This document shows positions 1-9,620 of a DNA stretch of 64,000 nucleotides, one piece after another. Origin of the DNA: Patescibacteria group bacterium (lineage in GTDB: Bacteria > Patescibacteriota > Microgenomatia > Levybacterales > UBA12049); NCBI GenBank assembly GCA_035510555.1, contig DATKGX010000048.1:12148-76147 (forward strand), in the 5' to 3' direction. How positions within the stretch are numbered: the stretch's first letter is position 1; every line of letters begins with the position of its first letter. The notes under the pieces were generated by a model. That model worked only from the letters and a program-made list of their open reading frames with translations, ran no database searches and was not told the DNA's origin. A program made the position numbers and the translations under genes.

Positions 1-310
1 AATCTTCTTCTAGAATTTTTTTAATTTCTTCTTTTTGTCCTGCGGAAACATGTTCATCTCCATCTAATTGCAATATCCAATCTTTCGTCGCCATCTCAAT
101 TGCCATTTGCTTATTGATATGAAAGTTAGGCTTATTGGTGGTTATTTTTACCCTAGCCTGATATTGTTTGGCTATTTTTACCGTTTCATCAGAAGACATA
201 CCGTCAACAATTACTATTTCATCCGCTAGATCTTTAACGCTATCTAAACATGCAGCTAAATTTTTCTCCTCGTTATAAGTGGCAAGAACGACCGAAAGCA
301 TTTGCTTCAT
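1..310 (-). CDS. GT2 family glycosyltransferase (5' part; gene continues beyond window start)
   Basis: Reverse-complement translation from ATG at 310 gives MKQMLSVVLATYNEEKNLAACLDSVKDLADEIVIVDGMSSDETVKIAK..., a classic GT2 N-terminus (xxATYNEE...DDGSxD-like). Confidence 0.75.
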   Translation of the reverse strand, partial: MKQMLSVVLATYNEEKNLAACLDSVKDLADEIVIVDGMSSDETVKIAKQYQARVKITTNKPNFHINKQMAIEMATKDWILQLDGDEHVSAGQKEEIKKILEED

Positions 311-323
311 AAGCAATATGATA

Positions 324-1964
324 CTAGGAAAATCTTCCCTTTACAAACCTAAAGCTCAATAAACTTGCTAAAATTACCAAACTTGCTGCGGAGAGAAGAT
401 CACAAATTAGCCGTAACTTTGTCTCGGAATACTTTGCTTCAATCGTATAATTTCCTTGATTAAGAAAAAACAGCATGGTTCCTCGATATTGCATATTCTG
501 AAATTGAATAGTAACCGGTACGCTGTTAGCTAAAATCTCCCAACCCGGAAAATAGAGCGTATTTTCTTCAAATAAAGTTCTCTTTGCGACGTTCACCGTG
601 TAAAGATGATCCGTCGAGGTCCTTTTTATTTCTTTAATGGTTGCCTTACCGTCAAGCATTTCTAAATGGCTTTTTGGCGCATGCTCCATAAACCTTACCG
701 ACCAAAGAGGCGAACTCTCACCGGTATCAGTCGTACTAGGATATATACCGGTATAAAAACCGGCCGGTTTATATAAATAATCTTTGGCTTTAAAATAATC
801 CTTACTAATAAACAACACTATGGCGATTAAAATTAATACTAAAATGAGCTGCAATTTTTTGGGAATTTTAGAAATTAGCATAGCAGCTAATATTGCTGTT
901 GATAAAACAGCAATCGCCAGAAACCGCCAGGCAAATTGAAAGTTTTGCAGAAGAATTATTCTTTCCCAGAGAAAATTAGAGATGGGCAGCATTAAAAATA
1001 TTGCCAACAAGGTATATAAAAGGCATAACAATATAAGTAGATAATTTTTGTCTTTTTTCAACCAAAAGATAATAGCTAAAACCGGGGATAAGATTAATGC
1101 TAACCATTGAACTATTCCCAGTTGCTCTGTAAACATGCCGCTTCCGCCATAGCTCCAGGACCCGTAAATCAAGGCCTTCAAGCTAACAAAACTATCTTTA
1201 TACACTCCTTTTGTAATGATATTCCGAAGCGTATATCTTCCCTCAAGTAATGCCGGTGCCCAAAAGAATGCCGACAGAGTAAAGCCAAAAAGTATTAAGA
1301 ATAAAGTATTAAGTATTAAGTGTTTATTGAATTTGGATAACCAGACAAGATATAAACCGTAGAAAAATATAAACGGCACTGTAATAAGTGCAATCGCATT
1401 ATGTGCAAGAATTAAAAAGGCCAACGATAAAGAACCAAAGAGCGTATATCTAATGTCAGGGTTCTTATAAAGCTTGTAAAGAAAATATAAAACCAATGGT
1501 ACAAATGCGAAAGCCAGATTTTCGCCTATATCCCCTCTAACGTTGAGATCTACAAACCTGTAGGGAGCATATGTGTACAGAAAGGCTCCCAAAAGTGCCG
1601 GTTCTTTACCTAAGAATTGCTTGAGCCAGAAAAACATAAAGAATAAGGATAGAATCATCCCTAAACCGTAAACAATTTTTACTGAATCAACTAGGGAAAA
1701 GCCGAAAAAATGAAAAACAGAAGCTAAGTAGGATGGCAAAGGATATAAAAATTCCAAGATTGGGTGGCCATATCCCCAATTAAGATTTGCAGCCCATCTG
1801 GGAATTAAATTTCCTTCAATAAGATTTTGGTAGAAATTGGCGATCCGGGCAATATGATCTTGTCCGTCGTGTGTTATCGGCAAACCGGGATGCACAAGCG
1901 ATAAAACTGAAATAATCGAAAGCACAATTAGGATAGCGACGATAAATCTATTTCTTAACATCAT
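324..1964 (-). CDS. Short YfhO-like polytopic membrane protein (PF10131/PTPS-related membrane family candidate), putative GT-C glycosyltransferase
   Basis: 546 aa, many TM helices. N-terminal motif HDGQDHIARIANF...IPRW...NLNWGYGHP...FLYPLP. C-terminal YFPGWEI...IQFQNM...G module plus terminal TM shared with paralogs at 15143, 31059 and 32747 and with the YfhO proteins. Confidence 0.7.
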   Translation of the reverse strand: MMLRNRFIVAILIVLSIISVLSLVHPGLPITHDGQDHIARIANFYQNLIEGNLIPRWAANLNWGYGHPILEFLYPLPSYLASVFHFFGFSLVDSVKIVYGLGMILSLFFMFFWLKQFLGKEPALLGAFLYTYAPYRFVDLNVRGDIGENLAFAFVPLVLYFLYKLYKNPDIRYTLFGSLSLAFLILAHNAIALITVPFIFFYGLYLVWLSKFNKHLILNTLFLILFGFTLSAFFWAPALLEGRYTLRNIITKGVYKDSFVSLKALIYGSWSYGGSGMFTEQLGIVQWLALILSPVLAIIFWLKKDKNYLLILLCLLYTLLAIFLMLPISNFLWERIILLQNFQFAWRFLAIAVLSTAILAAMLISKIPKKLQLILVLILIAIVLFISKDYFKAKDYLYKPAGFYTGIYPSTTDTGESSPLWSVRFMEHAPKSHLEMLDGKATIKEIKRTSTDHLYTVNVAKRTLFEENTLYFPGWEILANSVPVTIQFQNMQYRGTMLFFLNQGNYTIEAKYSETKLRLICDLLSAASLVILASLLSFRFVKGRFS

Positions 1965-3243
1965 ATGGATTTAGTCCTTTCTGCCTCATGTAATAATAGT
2001 ACAAATAAGATTCGGGAACACCTACTTGGAACTCTATTCTTTGCCCTTGATTTATTGTCTGCATAGTATTTTCCCACCTCTTCGTTAAGCCAACATCATG
2101 ATAAGGTAAATAGGTCATTACATTTGTAAACGCAATATAAACTAGCACAATTAGAACAATCGCTTTGGGAATAATATTCTTTATCGTCCAAATCCTCCCT
2201 AGAAAATAGGCAATGATTAAAAGAGCGATGAATCGATTAATAACAAAATAGTAATCACTTATTTCCCCGCTATAAGTAGCAAATATAATCCAAGGAACAA
2301 TAAACCAGAGAAAAACCAAATAAGCAAATTTTTTTCTTTCCGTATTTAAAGCCTTGAAAAGATAGATAATAAAGAAAAGTGGCAACAAGACAACTTTAAA
2401 GGGAAACAGTTTATCGCTAAAGAGGTAAGTGTTGAATTGAATTAGCGCATCTCCCGTAATTTGAATCATTCTCTTCAAATGAAATCCGTGATAATAAGTT
2501 TGAAGATAGTCAGTAAAATTTGAACCTGTAGATTTTTGCTGAACTTGGTAAACAACATTCGGCACTAACCATACTAAAAACAATGGCAATGACAAAATTA
2601 TATACTTGAGAGTTTCTTTGCTTCTGGGGAAAAGCGGTAAAGTTAAAATAATAATTACCGGGAAGAAAATCGCGGTAAAATGTAAATTAAAAGCAAACCC
2701 CACTAATAAAGCCAAGGGAATAATTTTTTTTATGTCGCCGATAACTATTTTGTATAAAACGTAGAATATTAATAATGCAATTGCCGGAAGAAGATCAACC
2801 GGCCATTGTACTCTGTCAAAAAATATTGCAGGCAAAGAAAACGTATTGATAAAAACCGCAATTAAAGCTACCTCAGTTGAAAACAATTTCTTAGCGACAT
2901 AAAATATCACCCAAAAAGTAAAAATACTGCAAACTCCCGCAAAAACACTTGAGGCAATCGGATTTAATCTAAAAATCCAATAAGCCACGGCCAGCATATA
3001 ATAATAAACCGGCCCAATATAGATATTGCTATTTTCCTTGGCAACCATTCCAATTAAGGGAAACCAATGATTGACCAAAATGTTTTTTGCGGCCCAGGCA
3101 TTATCCACCTGATCATAACCAAATGCATTCTTTAGATCCATTTGGTAAAACCTGAGAAATATTTCAAATAAAAATATCGCTGCAACAACTACTATATATT
3201 TATTTTTAAGTAACCATTCCCAGTATTTATTAAATTTTTTCAT
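1948..3243 (-). CDS. Polytopic membrane protein, short ArnT/PMT-like GT-C paralog family
   Basis: 431 aa. Motif YDQVDNAWAAKNILVNHWFPLIGM...GPVYYYML is shared with the ORFs at 3247, 4819 and 11933. Multi-TM. Confidence 0.6.
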   Translation of the reverse strand: MKKFNKYWEWLLKNKYIVVVAAIFLFEIFLRFYQMDLKNAFGYDQVDNAWAAKNILVNHWFPLIGMVAKENSNIYIGPVYYYMLAVAYWIFRLNPIASSVFAGVCSIFTFWVIFYVAKKLFSTEVALIAVFINTFSLPAIFFDRVQWPVDLLPAIALLIFYVLYKIVIGDIKKIIPLALLVGFAFNLHFTAIFFPVIIILTLPLFPRSKETLKYIILSLPLFLVWLVPNVVYQVQQKSTGSNFTDYLQTYYHGFHLKRMIQITGDALIQFNTYLFSDKLFPFKVVLLPLFFIIYLFKALNTERKKFAYLVFLWFIVPWIIFATYSGEISDYYFVINRFIALLIIAYFLGRIWTIKNIIPKAIVLIVLVYIAFTNVMTYLPYHDVGLTKRWENTMQTINQGQRIEFQVGVPESYLYYYYMRQKGLNPYDVKK

Positions 3244-3246
3244 AAA

Positions 3247-4815
3247 TTAAGCTTGCCTTTTTTGCACTATAAAACCGCTTGGTATTAAAGTTTTAGTATC
3301 TATAATTTTACCCGTTTTTATTACGGTTTCCATCCAACCCTTATAGGTCCAGGGTTGATTCATGTCTACCTGCATTAATAGATAGAAAGTTCCTTTCTTT
3401 TCCTGATAAGGAAAATAGTGATATTTTGGCTTTGCATACCACCAGAGAAGATAATCATATGGATAAGTATAAACGGGGGGCGTAAAAATATATAGCCCAA
3501 ACGGCTTACCTTTAGCATCCTTATAAATATAGTCTATTGCCTGCTCCTGACCTTTTATTTTTGCCGCGCCGCCAAGATCGGGATAATCTTTTATGGTCAT
3601 CGAAATAGCACTTGTTACGGAAGTAAGTAAAAATATAGCTATCGCTAAAATGGCTATTAATTTAGCTAAATGCGACTTTCCTTTAAAGATTTTATAGATT
3701 ATGTATGTAGCTATAAAAATATATATAACATCAAGGTGATAAAGATAATAATAGTAAACGAAATTCCTAAGTAGCGAAAGAACAGCCACGGTAACTAATA
3801 GTGTGATGAATAAATATTTTAGGAAATTCTTAAGAGTCGCTTCTTTTTCTCTCAATGTAAGAAAAACAAGCAGTGCAATAAAGGCTAAAAACAGCAAAGC
3901 GGAATATGGAGGAATATTTTTGATAGTAAAGGTGTTGAGAAAATTACTTACAAACGTAGATATATGATTGTTTAAAAGATTATCGTGAGCATTCGTTCTT
4001 AGGTAGACATTCGGCTGCACCAAAACATAGTTTATTATCCCTCTCGTTCCAATAAAGTTATGTCTTACTTCAAATAAAAGCATTGGTAAAATCCCGAGAA
4101 CAAATCCCATAAAAAGAGATAAATACTCTTTTACCTTATTAAGCTTAAGGATAAACACAACATAAAAAAGCAAAGCAACGCACATTGGGACTGCCATAGC
4201 AATTTCAAAATTATAAACAAAAACGGAAAAGAAAGCCGCTAGAAAAAGGTATTTCTTATCCTTCTTAAAAGCCTTGTAAGTAAAATAAAAAGCTAAAAAT
4301 ATAAAAAACGTTGATGGGTGATTATTCCAAATAAACCTGGCCTGGTCAATTAGAGGACTTGATATAGCAATAAAAAATGCCATTAGTGCGCCCGCCCATT
4401 GGTTTTTAAATATGGTTCTGGCAAAGAAATAAGCAAAGATAATGGAAGCCATACTAAACATAAACATCATTATCATTCCGCCATATGGATTTCCTTTGAA
4501 AAGCACAAAAAAGATTGAAAGAAGATAATAATAAACAGGCCCCTGGAAAATACCTTGGGTACCTGCGAAACCTCCTCCTATTTCTGAGCCTATTAGAGTA
4601 AACTTATGGTTAATAACTATATCTTTTACAGCCATGTAGTCTCTTCCTTGATCAATCAGAAAAAGATAATTGTTAGCTAAAATTTCAACGGCTCTTGGGA
4701 AAATGGAGAGAAAAATTATTAATCCTAAAAATAAAAAGAATATTGCGCGTCTTACTCTTTTATCTTCTAAAAACACACTCGCCTGTTTGATAACAGAATT
4801 GAAATTTACATTCAT
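3247..4815 (-). CDS. Polytopic membrane protein, short ArnT/PMT-like GT-C paralog
   Basis: 522 aa. DQGRDYMAVKDIVINHKFTLIGSE...GPVYYYLL. C-terminal GKPFGLYIFTPPVYTYPYDYLLWWYAKPKYHY is shared with 4819..6306. Confidence 0.6.
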   Translation of the reverse strand: MNVNFNSVIKQASVFLEDKRVRRAIFFLFLGLIIFLSIFPRAVEILANNYLFLIDQGRDYMAVKDIVINHKFTLIGSEIGGGFAGTQGIFQGPVYYYLLSIFFVLFKGNPYGGMIMMFMFSMASIIFAYFFARTIFKNQWAGALMAFFIAISSPLIDQARFIWNNHPSTFFIFLAFYFTYKAFKKDKKYLFLAAFFSVFVYNFEIAMAVPMCVALLFYVVFILKLNKVKEYLSLFMGFVLGILPMLLFEVRHNFIGTRGIINYVLVQPNVYLRTNAHDNLLNNHISTFVSNFLNTFTIKNIPPYSALLFLAFIALLVFLTLREKEATLKNFLKYLFITLLVTVAVLSLLRNFVYYYYLYHLDVIYIFIATYIIYKIFKGKSHLAKLIAILAIAIFLLTSVTSAISMTIKDYPDLGGAAKIKGQEQAIDYIYKDAKGKPFGLYIFTPPVYTYPYDYLLWWYAKPKYHYFPYQEKKGTFYLLMQVDMNQPWTYKGWMETVIKTGKIIDTKTLIPSGFIVQKRQA

Positions 4816-4818
4816 AAA

Positions 4819-6306
4819 TTAATGAATTCTTGTTTGGACGATGATTCCGCCTTTTACCTCTTGAGATTTAATGATTCTTCCGTCCCCTTCTCTTTGGGTT
4901 AACCAATTTTCTAGCCTTGAGGGGTCTTGGAAATCGGGCTCCAGAATAAAATAAGCCAGATTTGCTTGTGTCTGAGGTGAATAGTGATACTTTTTAGGCC
5001 CATACCAATTAAAGAGATATTGATAGGTATAATCGTAAACTGGCGGCGTGTAGACAACGTACTTAAAAGGTTTTCCGCCTGATTGTTTGTAAACATAATC
5101 TATAACTGCAACTTGATTACGATAAACAGACGCATCTCCTTCCCATAAGGGCTTACCTATATTTTGAATTTGGGAATAAGGATTTAGATTAAAAAGAAAA
5201 ATTATTAGTGTTAATAAAATTGCCAATTTAGTCGAAAAATTTTTGGCCAATAGATAAACAGCGATTGCAAAAAGTAAAAGATAAAAAACCGGCAGACCAA
5301 CTAGATAATGAGGCCAAACATCATGACTAAAAAAAGTCAACCCAATTAGAAAAACTGCTACGACAATTAATGAAACTCTAATGAAATTTTTTATTATCCA
5401 GTCGGATTTTTTGTAAAAAAGCAAAATAGAGAAAACTATAAATACTAATTCGCATCCGACTAAAAGCTTATTGTCATTACTAAGAGTTGAGGCAAATTGA
5501 CTAAACAAAATATTTATTCTGCTTATTAAAATGCTTACGATGGAAGGCAGATTGTGCGAGGAATTACCTGTTGTAAAAAAGGCGATTAGCGCTTTTGTCA
5601 TCAAGAATTGGTGCCTAACTTCAAATATAATTCTCGGGACAAGAATTATTAGTCCTCCAAATATAAATGCGGCTATAGATTTTAAATTAAATTTTCTTTG
5701 AATTGATAATACGGCAAGAACTATTCCAATAGAGAATAAAATTCCATAAACAATTTCAATATCAATGCTTAGAACCAATAATATCCCTAAAAATAAATAT
5801 AACAATGGTTTATTCTTTTGATTTTTTGCAAAAATCTTATTTAGAATCAACAAAATAATAATGACAAACAATGGCGCGATGTTTGGATTCCAAATTTGCG
5901 AAGACAAAGAAACCATTATACCTGACACGCTGACTAGGACTGCTAAAATTAAACCTAAACTATTTCCGCCAACCTTTTTTCCAAAATAAAAACTTAAAAT
6001 TATTATCGAAATTCCAATTAGTGATATTGACAGAACTATTCCTCGTGGATCGCCGGAGAAGATAATAAAAAAAGGAGTCAACAGGTAATACCACCACGGA
6101 CCATAAAATATTCCCGGCAATCCGGTCGTCGCTCCAATCAGGGGAATTTTATGCAGATTAACAATCGCCGAAAGCGCCAGCATGTCCCGCCCGACGTCGT
6201 AAGTAAAAGCAAAAGAATTAGTTAGAACCCCTTGCAATCTTAAATAAGCACCAATCAAAACAACCAGGAATAAAACTAGATATTCTTTTTTGAAAAATTT
6301 CTTCAT
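4819..6306 (-). CDS. Polytopic membrane protein, short ArnT/PMT-like GT-C paralog
   Basis: 495 aa. YDVGRDMLALSAIVNLHKIPLIGAT...GPWWYYLL. C-terminal GKPFKYVVYTPPVYDYTYQYLFNWYGPKKYHY. Tandem paralog of the upstream gene. Confidence 0.6.
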   Translation of the reverse strand: MKKFFKKEYLVLFLVVLIGAYLRLQGVLTNSFAFTYDVGRDMLALSAIVNLHKIPLIGATTGLPGIFYGPWWYYLLTPFFIIFSGDPRGIVLSISLIGISIIILSFYFGKKVGGNSLGLILAVLVSVSGIMVSLSSQIWNPNIAPLFVIIILLILNKIFAKNQKNKPLLYLFLGILLVLSIDIEIVYGILFSIGIVLAVLSIQRKFNLKSIAAFIFGGLIILVPRIIFEVRHQFLMTKALIAFFTTGNSSHNLPSIVSILISRINILFSQFASTLSNDNKLLVGCELVFIVFSILLFYKKSDWIIKNFIRVSLIVVAVFLIGLTFFSHDVWPHYLVGLPVFYLLLFAIAVYLLAKNFSTKLAILLTLIIFLFNLNPYSQIQNIGKPLWEGDASVYRNQVAVIDYVYKQSGGKPFKYVVYTPPVYDYTYQYLFNWYGPKKYHYSPQTQANLAYFILEPDFQDPSRLENWLTQREGDGRIIKSQEVKGGIIVQTRIH

Positions 6307-7976
6307 GTTCCAACTATTTTTATGGCTGGGCTACCATCTAGATTGTTAATTATCTTAATCGCTCCGACACCCTTAGGAATTTCTGCCGGACTACCGATTA
6401 TTAGAGTATTTTTTAGACGCGAATCTTGACTCCAATTAATCGGTCTGAATGTATATTTTCCGAAAGAATGGTGCGAAACAAAACTACCTGAACTATTTTC
6501 GCCTATTATTTGATACTGCTCCGGAGGATATTGAAGATAAAATAAAAAGAACATGTAAGATTTATCAAGCGGCGGGAAGTCGGAAATAATAATGGTTTGA
6601 TATTTGTTTCCTATCGCTTTCACTTCGCTAACTGCCTGTTGGTAGCCGTATTGCCACTGCTCTGAATTATAATAATTTTGTTGGACAAAATACTGGTTAA
6701 AATAGTAAGTGACGTTAAAAATAAAAGCCACGGCAAAAATTAGATAAAAAACGAATTTCGTTCTTTTGTACTTATTGAAAAAGATGAAAGCATATAAAAT
6801 ACCAATTGCCGAAAGAATTTGCCAAGTCGGTAGAAAATTCAAAGTTCTAACCGCGTGCGGCACTCCGGTTGTAATCGAAGCCGGTACCGGCGCCAGCAAT
6901 AACCAACCGAAGACGACCAGTTTTGTCTTTTTGTCAAAATCACCAAACAAAAGAGTATAAATACCAAACAAAATAAAAGGCAACTCGAAAAGATACATAA
7001 TGCCCATCCCTGGCGCATGATGTCTTGCGATGTCACCTGTAATGAAAAGCCAATTCGGATCAAAATGGGAAATGTATCCCGAAACAATCGTTGAAACATA
7101 AATAAATCTTCGGTTGTCTATAATTAAGCCGAGCTTATCGTTATTTAAACTATCCCGCTGTAATTTCTGAATATCGTTACTTAAAAGCTCTGTCTGATAG
7201 GAAAAAATACTCGTTCCCGTAACTCTTAATAAAGCCGCCCGGTTGGTTGTAATATAGAAAAGCATTGGAGTAACTATGATTAATCCAAAAATTACAACGG
7301 CGAACAGGTATTTTTTGGAGAGCGCGAATAATTTTTTCCAATAGATTATTGCCAATAAAAGTATAAATAATGGCGTAAAAACTTTTTCGCTTTGATAAAC
7401 ATAAATACTTAACCCCGCAAAAAGCGCCGCCACAAATAAATACCACCGCTTACTGTTTACTCCCTTGATTAGAAACAAGGCGGCCAAAAGATTTAAAATA
7501 TCCCCTACGTTTGCTTCGAAAGCAACTCTTGAGAATTGCAATGACCAGGGAGATATCGCCAACATAAAACTGGCGACTAAGGCTAATGGATCTTTATATT
7601 TAAAGTCCCGGAAAAGTTCTTGAACAAGATAGAAAACGGCAATAACCGAAATTATGCCAAAAAGCGCTGAAGGTAGCCTAACCGCAAAAATATTCAATCC
7701 CAACATAGCAACTGTCGGAATTGCCAGATAAGCGTATAAGGCCGGCTTGTAATCGTCGAATGAACGAAGCACCACTGGCAGAAACTTGCCGAATTCATCC
7801 CGCCCGGTGTGCATAATTGAGTAAGCATCGTATCCTAATGCGGCCTCGTCCCAATCCGGCGAAGGAGGAACGCTGCCCAGCTGCCAAAGCCTTAGTCCCG
7901 CGGCGAGAATTATAATAGCAATCAATAATATCCATACTTTTGAAAATTGAAAATTGAAAATTGAAAATTTTTTCAT
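6303..7976 (-). CDS. GT39 family (PMT-like) polyprenyl-phosphate-sugar-dependent membrane glycosyltransferase
   Basis: 557 aa. N-terminal loop-1 DE motif SPDWDEAALGYDAYS and multi-TM topology typical of PMT/GT39. 4-nt overlap with the upstream gene. Confidence 0.8.
   Translation of the reverse strand: MKKFSIFNFQFSKVWILLIAIIILAAGLRLWQLGSVPPSPDWDEAALGYDAYSIMHTGRDEFGKFLPVVLRSFDDYKPALYAYLAIPTVAMLGLNIFAVRLPSALFGIISVIAVFYLVQELFRDFKYKDPLALVASFMLAISPWSLQFSRVAFEANVGDILNLLAALFLIKGVNSKRWYLFVAALFAGLSIYVYQSEKVFTPLFILLLAIIYWKKLFALSKKYLFAVVIFGLIIVTPMLFYITTNRAALLRVTGTSIFSYQTELLSNDIQKLQRDSLNNDKLGLIIDNRRFIYVSTIVSGYISHFDPNWLFITGDIARHHAPGMGIMYLFELPFILFGIYTLLFGDFDKKTKLVVFGWLLLAPVPASITTGVPHAVRTLNFLPTWQILSAIGILYAFIFFNKYKRTKFVFYLIFAVAFIFNVTYYFNQYFVQQNYYNSEQWQYGYQQAVSEVKAIGNKYQTIIISDFPPLDKSYMFFLFYLQYPPEQYQIIGENSSGSFVSHHSFGKYTFRPINWSQDSRLKNTLIIGSPAEIPKGVGAIKIINNLDGSPAIKIVGT
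7942..7969. repeat. Heptanucleotide tandem repeat (GAAAATT)x4 inside the 5' coding end of the GT39 gene 6303..7976
   Basis: Four exact 7-nt units, located 5-32 nt downstream of the ATG (minus strand). Encodes FSIFNFQFS. Confidence 0.7.
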
Positions 7977-9601
7977 AATGTATAAGCCACTAGAACCGGC
8001 TGGCCATTTAATAAGTAAAACGTCTTTAGAACTTTTTTATTTTTAGGTAAATTATATGGCGTATTGATATAAAGCACTTTTTTACTTTTACTCAACGTAT
8101 AATTATAATTATCGGGAAAAAGATATTTACCAAACGCTTCGACTGTGACAAAACCGAAAGCATCCCTGTGGATTACCGCAGTCTTCCGATAATCCGCCGG
8201 CAAAGTCTGCGTATAAAAAAGATAGTAAATATATGGTCTTCCCAATTCGTTGGTAATTTGGATGTTGTCGTAATTTTTTTCTACCGATTGCACATAAGCA
8301 ATTGATTGCTGATACCCGTATTCCCACTCTCCGGAAAATTCTGCGGGGTAATGCGCAAAATAATCGTGGCAAAAATAAGCTAAATTTATTAACAGTAATC
8401 CGATTAAAACTACCGTGATTAGATTCTTAAAGCGTTTGACTAGCGATAAAAGCATTATAAATCCGTAAGCACTGATAATTTGAAACATTGGCAGAGACGC
8501 TTCAATCCTTAGTGCATGTGGCGTTTCTCGTGCCGTGGCAGCAGGAATAATGCCGATTAAAAGCCACAACGGCACCAACCACCAATTCCCTTCCCGCTTT
8601 TTTACCAAAAATAAGATTCCGATGACGACAAATGGAATATCCCAAATAAACATTTCTCCAACGCTTTGAATCGAAAACTTGGGGTTACCATCGCCTTTTA
8701 TGAATAAAAAGGTGGGACTTAAGTTGTCAAAATAATGTTTTACATATTCTATTGAATATAAAACCCTTCTGTTATGGATTAATTTTGACCACAAAGCATT
8801 ATGATCGTTGGCAATTTCCTGGTTGGCGACTTTAACCACGCCCGGATCCGAAAAGATATTTACTTCTTGAAATCTTAAGCCTGCTTGCGGGGTTAAAAGA
8901 AATCGGAAAGTGGGTAGAAAAACGACTAGTCCAACAATGCAGGCTATTAAGACTTCTTTTTTTATTTGGAATAATCTTTTCCTGAACAAAAGCGCAAGAA
9001 CGATTACTAAAAGCGGGGCGACTACCCTCGCTGTATTAAACGTGTACATGGAAACAGCGAAAGAAACGGCGGAAATTAAAAGGTACCATTTCTTTTCTTG
9101 AGTTGCTGCCAAAAATCCCCAAACGCCTAGGACTAAAAAGAAAGTCGCCACGTTAGCCTCAAAAGCGGCCCGTGACAGCATAATATGCCAAGGTGAAATC
9201 GCCAGAATAAAGGCCGAAGCAAGCGCGTATTTCTGCTTTTCTTTTGAATTCCAAAATATTCTCTTGACCAAAAAATAAGTCAACAAAACTGTCAGAACTC
9301 CAAACAAAGCGGATGGGACACGGGTTGAAAATTCATTTAAGCCTAACAACTTTACGGGAATAACATCTAAGTAAGCGTACATTGGCGGCTTAAAATCGCC
9401 GAATGATTCAAGATAATCGTGAGGCAAAAACCGGCCAAATTCATCTTTGCCGTCGATTCCGATTGAATACGCATTATAGCCCCAAGCCGACTCATCCCAA
9501 GTTAAGGAAGGCGGATTTGCTCCCAGTTGGTAAAACCGCAAAAATCCGGCTATTAATACTATTAAAAGCAATAGTAATTTGTAATTAATAAATTTAAGCA
9601 T
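7973..9601 (-). CDS. GT39 family (PMT-like) membrane glycosyltransferase
   Basis: 542 aa. SLTWDESAWGYNAYS DE-motif. Paralog of 6303..7976. Confidence 0.8.
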   Translation of the reverse strand: MLKFINYKLLLLLIVLIAGFLRFYQLGANPPSLTWDESAWGYNAYSIGIDGKDEFGRFLPHDYLESFGDFKPPMYAYLDVIPVKLLGLNEFSTRVPSALFGVLTVLLTYFLVKRIFWNSKEKQKYALASAFILAISPWHIMLSRAAFEANVATFFLVLGVWGFLAATQEKKWYLLISAVSFAVSMYTFNTARVVAPLLVIVLALLFRKRLFQIKKEVLIACIVGLVVFLPTFRFLLTPQAGLRFQEVNIFSDPGVVKVANQEIANDHNALWSKLIHNRRVLYSIEYVKHYFDNLSPTFLFIKGDGNPKFSIQSVGEMFIWDIPFVVIGILFLVKKREGNWWLVPLWLLIGIIPAATARETPHALRIEASLPMFQIISAYGFIMLLSLVKRFKNLITVVLIGLLLINLAYFCHDYFAHYPAEFSGEWEYGYQQSIAYVQSVEKNYDNIQITNELGRPYIYYLFYTQTLPADYRKTAVIHRDAFGFVTVEAFGKYLFPDNYNYTLSKSKKVLYINTPYNLPKNKKVLKTFYLLNGQPVLVAYTL

Positions 9602-9620
9602 TTCCCTTAAGACTCGTTCT

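Noticed and set aside
4911-5096. Short antisense or alternative-frame ORFs listed in the ORF track inside long genes (4911-5096, 6766-6960, 6839-7099, 7177-7446, 8127-8372, 8910-9101, 9403-9588, 10807-11052, 12753-13211, 13758-14187, 15005-15187, 15458-15640, 16766-16984, 17176-17560, 21764-21994, 24227-24463, 25832-26026, 26335-26742, 27292-27576, 28609-28878, 29213-29614, 30668-30874, 31480-31914, 33156-33821, 35010-36336, 37126-37314, 40185-40655, 41966-43042, 43256-43459, 48296-48985, 50437-50628, 51079-51569, 52460-52675, 54071-54283, 54563-54784, 55299-55487, 58118-58330, 58726-59371, 62018-63209)
   Set aside because: All are fully embedded in longer ORFs that have clear family-level motifs. 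They have low-complexity or odd composition and no promoter or start context, so they are best explained as chance ORFs.
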